A stretch of DNA of 61,226 bases from assembly GCA_963830915.1 (NCBI GenBank), contig CAWHOE010000032.1, positions 1 through 61,226 of the forward strand, in the 5' to 3' direction. Positions 57,185-61,226 of this stretch are shown one piece after another. The stretch's first letter is position 1; every line of letters begins with the position of its first letter. The notes under the pieces are model-generated. The model was not told the DNA's origin. It saw only the letters and a list, made by a program, of their open reading frames with translations, and made no database searches. The stretch is from a candidate division FCPU426 bacterium (GTDB lineage Bacteria > Oederibacteriota > Muellerivitia > Muellerivitales > Muellerivitaceae). The position numbers and the translations under genes are program-made.

Positions 57185-58489
57185 TTACTTCAACAACTCC
57201 GGATAAAGAGGAAATCCCAAGGTCAATTCTGAAATCTCATTTTTGACCCTTTCCCTGATTCCCTCATTATTCGGGGAAGAAATGATCTCGTTGATCCAAT
57301 TTCCTACCATTTTGAATTCATTCTCCTTGAATCCACGGGTCGTTAAAGCGGGAGAGCCAAGCCTTAAACCGCTTGTCAAAAGAGGAGATTCGGTGTCCCA
57401 GGGAACCGAGTTCTTATTGGCAGTAATGTTGGCCTCATCCAGGGCCAATTGAGCCTGTTTCCCATTCACTTTCTTGTTCCTGAGGTCGATAAGCATCAAA
57501 TGATTGTCCGTCCCGCCTGAGATGACCTGGAACCCGTGTCCCACTAAAGTCTCACAGAGAACCTTGGCGTTCGCCTTGACCTGTTTAGCGTAATCTTTGA
57601 AGGAAGGCCGCAAGGCCTCGGCAAAGGATACGGCCTTTGCCCCGATGACATGCATCAACGGCCCGCCTTGGATGCCGGGAATGATTTGGCTATCCAGGAG
57701 TTCTCCCATTTTTCGCACACGACCGCTCTTGGCCGCCGTAACACCGAAAGGATTATCGAAATCCTTGCCCATCAGGATCATTCCGCCCCGAGGCCCGCGG
57801 AGTGTCTTATGGGTTGTGGTAGTGACAATATGGCAGAACTGCATCGGGTTGTTCAATTCCCCGGCTGCGATTAAACCCGCCGTGTGGGCGATATCGGCCC
57901 AAAGAAAGGCGCCGACCTCATCCGCTATCTTTCGGAACGCGGCATAATCCCAATCCCGGGAATATGCCGAGGCGCCGATACTGATCATTTTGGGATGGTG
58001 TTTTTTGGCCAGATCCCGAACTTGGTCCACATCCACCCGGCCGTCCTCTTTTCGGGTCTGATAGGCGAAAAAGTTATACATCTTTCCAGAGAAATTAACC
58101 TTACTTCCATGGGTCAAATGGCCGCCGTGGGTCAAGTCCAAGCCCAAGATGGTATCCCCCGGATTGACGAAGGTGAAATAAACCGCCATGTTCGCTTGGC
58201 TTCCCGAATGGGGCTGGACATTCACATATTCCGCCATGGAGAAAAGTTCACGAGCCCTTTCCCTGGCCAGATTCTCGACCACATCCACGAACTCACAGCC
58301 TCCGTAATACCGATTCCCAGGATATCCCTCGGCGTATTTATTGGTCATGACCCCGCCTTGGGCCGCCATGACCGCGAGGCTTGTGAAATTCTCCGAAGCG
58401 ATCAACTCGAGTTTCTCGTTCTGTCTTTTCAATTCGTTCAGGTTGGCTTCCCAAACCTGGGGGTCGGATTTCATGAATTCGTTGAACAT
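57185..58489 (-). CDS. glyA: Serine hydroxymethyltransferase
   Basis: 'ELIASEN', '[14 protein letters not shown]', '[14 protein letters not shown]'. Confidence 0.98.
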   Translation of the reverse strand: MFNEFMKSDPQVWEANLNELKRQNEKLELIASENFTSLAVMAAQGGVMTNKYAEGYPGNRYYGGCEFVDVVENLARERARELFSMAEYVNVQPHSGSQANMAVYFTFVNPGDTILGLDLTHGGHLTHGSKVNFSGKMYNFFAYQTRKEDGRVDVDQVRDLAKKHHPKMISIGASAYSRDWDYAAFRKIADEVGAFLWADIAHTAGLIAAGELNNPMQFCHIVTTTTHKTLRGPRGGMILMGKDFDNPFGVTAAKSGRVRKMGELLDSQIIPGIQGGPLMHVIGAKAVSFAEALRPSFKDYAKQVKANAKVLCETLVGHGFQVISGGTDNHLMLIDLRNKKVNGKQAQLALDEANITANKNSVPWDTESPLLTSGLRLGSPALTTRGFKENEFKMVGNWINEIISSPNNEGIRERVKNEISELTLGFPLYPELLK

Positions 58490-58563
58490 GGGTCACCTCT
58501 ATCGGTAATTTTCAAGGCCAGATTATACGCTCGAAGGGTCCCAACTGTGAACCCTAAGATCCT

Positions 58564-58905
58564 TTAAACTTTCTTTTTCCATCGCAGGGTCATTCCCTGC
58601 CGCCAACATTTCTTGGCGACTGTTCTCGTCGGGACCTCAACACAAGCGCGGGTCCCTTGGGGGCCTCCGTAAAACCGCCAAGCTTTTGCCGAAGGAATAA
58701 TTCCGAGTATCCTGTCATTTGCATCGAGAAAGAGGATATCTGGTTTTAAGAACGTAAAAAAAGTATGGAGATATCTACATTTCGGGAAGTAAATGCCGTC
58801 CCATCCTAAAGTCCATTTCCCTCTTCCCATCAAACCGGTCAACCTCAAGGAAAAACCAGATGCGTAAAGGAATGACATAGGTTTCCGAACCCGTTTGATT
58901 CTCAT
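58564..58905 (-). CDS. DUF192-like protein (Tad-locus associated)
   Basis: 'RLTGLMGR', 'LHTFF', 'D.LFLD', 'VE.P'; overlaps the tadC stop. Confidence 0.65.
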   Translation of the reverse strand: MRIKRVRKPMSFLYASGFSLRLTGLMGRGKWTLGWDGIYFPKCRYLHTFFTFLKPDILFLDANDRILGIIPSAKAWRFYGGPQGTRACVEVPTRTVAKKCWRQGMTLRWKKKV

Positions 58906-59774
58906 CGTCCCAGGAATTGGAGGACCAGGGGCCCAAAAATGATCAAAAATGTAACCGGCATGATGAAAAAGATTAAGGGAAGCAGCATTTTGACCGGAAG
59001 TTCCTGGACGGACTTCTCGGCCCTTTGGGTTTGTTTATCTCTCATGGTAATGGACAACTGGCGGAGAGTTTTGGCCACGCCTGTCCCAAACCTTTCAGCG
59101 TGGACCAAGCTTGCGGTGAACAAGGAAAAATCGGTCAAGTCTAACCGTCGGCTGACCGCCTCAAAGGCGCTCTTTCGGCTGGCCCCCGTTCTGGTTTGTT
59201 CGATGATCATTCCGAATTCCTCGGTCAAGGGTCCAGGTCTTCCATTTTTCAAATATTGGTTGATGGCTTCTTCAAGGGAAAGGCCCGCTTCGCTGCAAAG
59301 CGAGATGATTTCCAAGGCGTTCGGGAGTTCACGCATCAATAACTTTTCCCTTTTAAACGCTTCATCCCTGGCCCAGAGGATGGGCAAAGCGACGCCAAGA
59401 ATGAACCCCAGGAAAGCGAGGAAAAAGCTTCCACACAACAAAAACAATACTAGACCGGCCCCAAATGATCCCAGACATTGCCAGCCAAGAAGAGAAGAAG
59501 GTTTGATATCCTTCCGATTCATTCTTTCAATGAGTCTTTCAAGATAAAGATCATAATTAGCGTACAAAGCCCATTTTCTTTTCAAGGCACTAGCGATCCC
59601 ATCCATTTCACTGAGGAATAGTTGGGACAAAATACCTGATTTTTTCGGTGTAATGATATTGGTCAATCGAAGGTTGTGCTGGTGCCGGGTCAAGGACACC
59701 AAACCATTCAGTAAATTCCGATGGATGAACCAGCCGAAACCAATGGATGAAAGGGTCAAAAGCCCAAGAACCAT
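58902..59774 (-). CDS. tadC: Tad pilus assembly protein TadC (T2SSF domain)
   Basis: 'LP.ALE....EAGLS', 'A..FGT.V...L', 'RAE....LPVKMLLPL.FFI.P'. Confidence 0.9.
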   Translation of the reverse strand: MVLGLLTLSSIGFGWFIHRNLLNGLVSLTRHQHNLRLTNIITPKKSGILSQLFLSEMDGIASALKRKWALYANYDLYLERLIERMNRKDIKPSSLLGWQCLGSFGAGLVLFLLCGSFFLAFLGFILGVALPILWARDEAFKREKLLMRELPNALEIISLCSEAGLSLEEAINQYLKNGRPGPLTEEFGMIIEQTRTGASRKSAFEAVSRRLDLTDFSLFTASLVHAERFGTGVAKTLRQLSITMRDKQTQRAEKSVQELPVKMLLPLIFFIMPVTFLIIFGPLVLQFLGR

Positions 59775-59775
59775 C

Positions 59776-60639
59776 TCAATACTCCAATTGAAGCAATCGT
59801 CGTATCCACATAAAACCGATCGTTTCTAAAATACCGGCCAGGACCAATATCCCCCAACCTGCCGGCTGAGTGAAAAGCGGTGTCATCAAGCTCGGGTCCA
59901 TGAGAAAAAATACGAACCCAAGAAGGACCGGGAGAACACCCATCATGGTCCCGGACAATCGGGCTTGGGAAGTCATGGCCTCCATTTTCCTCATCAGTCT
60001 TCCCTTTTCCTCCATCCCTTCCAACAAAACCTCCAAGAGGTGGGTCAAATTTGCCCCGGTTTGGCGGGATATTTTGTAGGATTCAAGAAATTGATGGAAT
60101 TCAACGAAATCAGGGAATCTTTTCCCAAAATTCGTCAGGGCCGTTTCCGTGGAGGACCCTAATTGAACTTCCGCGCATACAGAAGCGAATTCATCCTTGA
60201 GCGGTGAGGGACATTCTTTCGAAAGGTATTCCAACACTTGCGGCACGGTTTGCCCGGTTTTCAGAGCTTGGATCATCATTCCAATGGATTGCGGGAATAG
60301 TTCCTTCATGGCTTTTAATCTTTTCAAGGATATTTGTTTGTTCTTCCATTGAGGAACAACTTTTTTGAAAAGCCAAAGAATGACCCCAAGCAATACGAGA
60401 AGGTATTTCATAAAATCCAACATGAGGACCCCAGCCACAAGCAAGATCGTCAGGACGATGTAATGGAGTTTATATTTTTTAAGAGTTTCCCTGGTCAGGA
60501 AGGGATGAGGGCGGTCAATCCGAGGCGAGATGGAAAATCGTTGAAAAACCATCCTCAGAAAAGAATAAATGATCAACCCAATTGAAAGCCCACCGATCAT
60601 GGGTGATAAATATTGGTTCAGAGAAAGCCCTGGGTTCAT
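59776..60639 (-). CDS. tadB: Tad pilus assembly protein TadB (T2SSF domain)
   Basis: 'FP....M..ALK.G', 'PL.DEF', 'TGANL', 'AMTSQARLS....LP'. Confidence 0.9.
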   Translation of the reverse strand: MNPGLSLNQYLSPMIGGLSIGLIIYSFLRMVFQRFSISPRIDRPHPFLTRETLKKYKLHYIVLTILLVAGVLMLDFMKYLLVLLGVILWLFKKVVPQWKNKQISLKRLKAMKELFPQSIGMMIQALKTGQTVPQVLEYLSKECPSPLKDEFASVCAEVQLGSSTETALTNFGKRFPDFVEFHQFLESYKISRQTGANLTHLLEVLLEGMEEKGRLMRKMEAMTSQARLSGTMMGVLPVLLGFVFFLMDPSLMTPLFTQPAGWGILVLAGILETIGFMWIRRLLQLEY

Positions 60640-61226
60640 TCGGGAACGCCAACTCCTTTTCGAAAGGGTTCTTCTTCCTCCATCTGTCTTAATTCTTTCT
60701 GGACAGCGCTTTGGACCAAGCGGTTCTTGGAAATGGACATCAATTTTTGAAGTTCGGTCTTGGCTTGGCTCAAATTCTGCAGTTTCAAATAGGTGTTAGC
60801 CACCATTAATTGGGCAGAATCCGCCAGGGGATCGGTGGGGCTTTTCTCCACCAGTTCCCGGTAGGCGGTCAAAGCGTCCCCGACTTTCTCATTCAAAAGC
60901 AGGCAGTTCGCGATTTGGAACTGGGCGTATCCGGAAAAACCTTTATCACCATAAAGTGCCAAAAGTTTTTTGTATTCCTTGATGGCTTTTTCGTAATTAC
61001 CGTCCCAATACCGGCAATCGGACAATAGTCTCTGCGCGGACGGGGCGAAGTTCCCTGCCGGTGAAAGATCCAATAGTTGTTTCAAAGGTGAACGGGCGCC
61101 TTGGAAATCCAGCCTGTCATAAGCCAGGATATAACCCTGGAGAAACAAGGCCTCGTCCGAACCAGGCGCGGGAGGAACTCGGGCGGTGATATCCTTTGCG
61201 AGATTGATGGCTTCCTCATAGTTGCC
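60636..61226 (-). CDS. TPR protein (BamD/CpoB-like repeats), partial; 5' end beyond the window
   Basis: TPR pairs ('AQFQIANC', 'AQLMVANTY'); the frame stays open to the window end. Confidence 0.75.
   Translation of the reverse strand, partial: GNYEEAINLAKDITARVPPAPGSDEALFLQGYILAYDRLDFQGARSPLKQLLDLSPAGNFAPSAQRLLSDCRYWDGNYEKAIKEYKKLLALYGDKGFSGYAQFQIANCLLLNEKVGDALTAYRELVEKSPTDPLADSAQLMVANTYLKLQNLSQAKTELQKLMSISKNRLVQSAVQKELRQMEEEEPFRKGVGVPE

Noticed and set aside
1..61226. tRNA or rRNA genes
   Set aside because: None recognised by eye; a covariance-model scan would be needed to exclude them.

Overview
A 61 kb chromosomal window from a diderm bacterium. Core genes are GC-rich by eye and are interspersed with AT-rich accessory genes. 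The right half is mostly housekeeping: pheA-hisC-tyrA-aroA-cmk, then an ~11 kb intervening block, then a DAHP synthase-plsC-rpsA unit, plus glyA, msrB, clpS, a ClC channel, tadB/tadC and two TolB-like lipoproteins. The left half is accessory: lemA plus a GIDE-domain gene, small Zn-ribbon membrane proteins, an AAA+/DUF4143 ATPase, a vapBC-like pair, a DUF2723/TMEM260-like glycosyltransferase, an ~8 kb AT-rich run of secreted hypothetical proteins, and a TPR / outer-membrane barrel / ExbB / ExbD / TonB operon. The most unusual feature is at 10222-11752: a gene whose product joins a ParB/KorB-type helix-turn-helix region (no CTPase domain) to a transmembrane helix and a VirB8-like extracytoplasmic domain. 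It lies directly beside 14 direct TTGTCCCC(AG) repeats spaced alternately 20 and 22-23 bp. This could be a membrane-anchored DNA-binding protein with its own centromere-like site array. The window also holds a 229-bp MITE with an 8-bp target duplication, a duplicated promoter/operator, and two families of palindromic intergenic repeats. Four genes carry single-base frameshifts, probably sequencing errors. All family assignments come from motif recognition by eye, not database searches.
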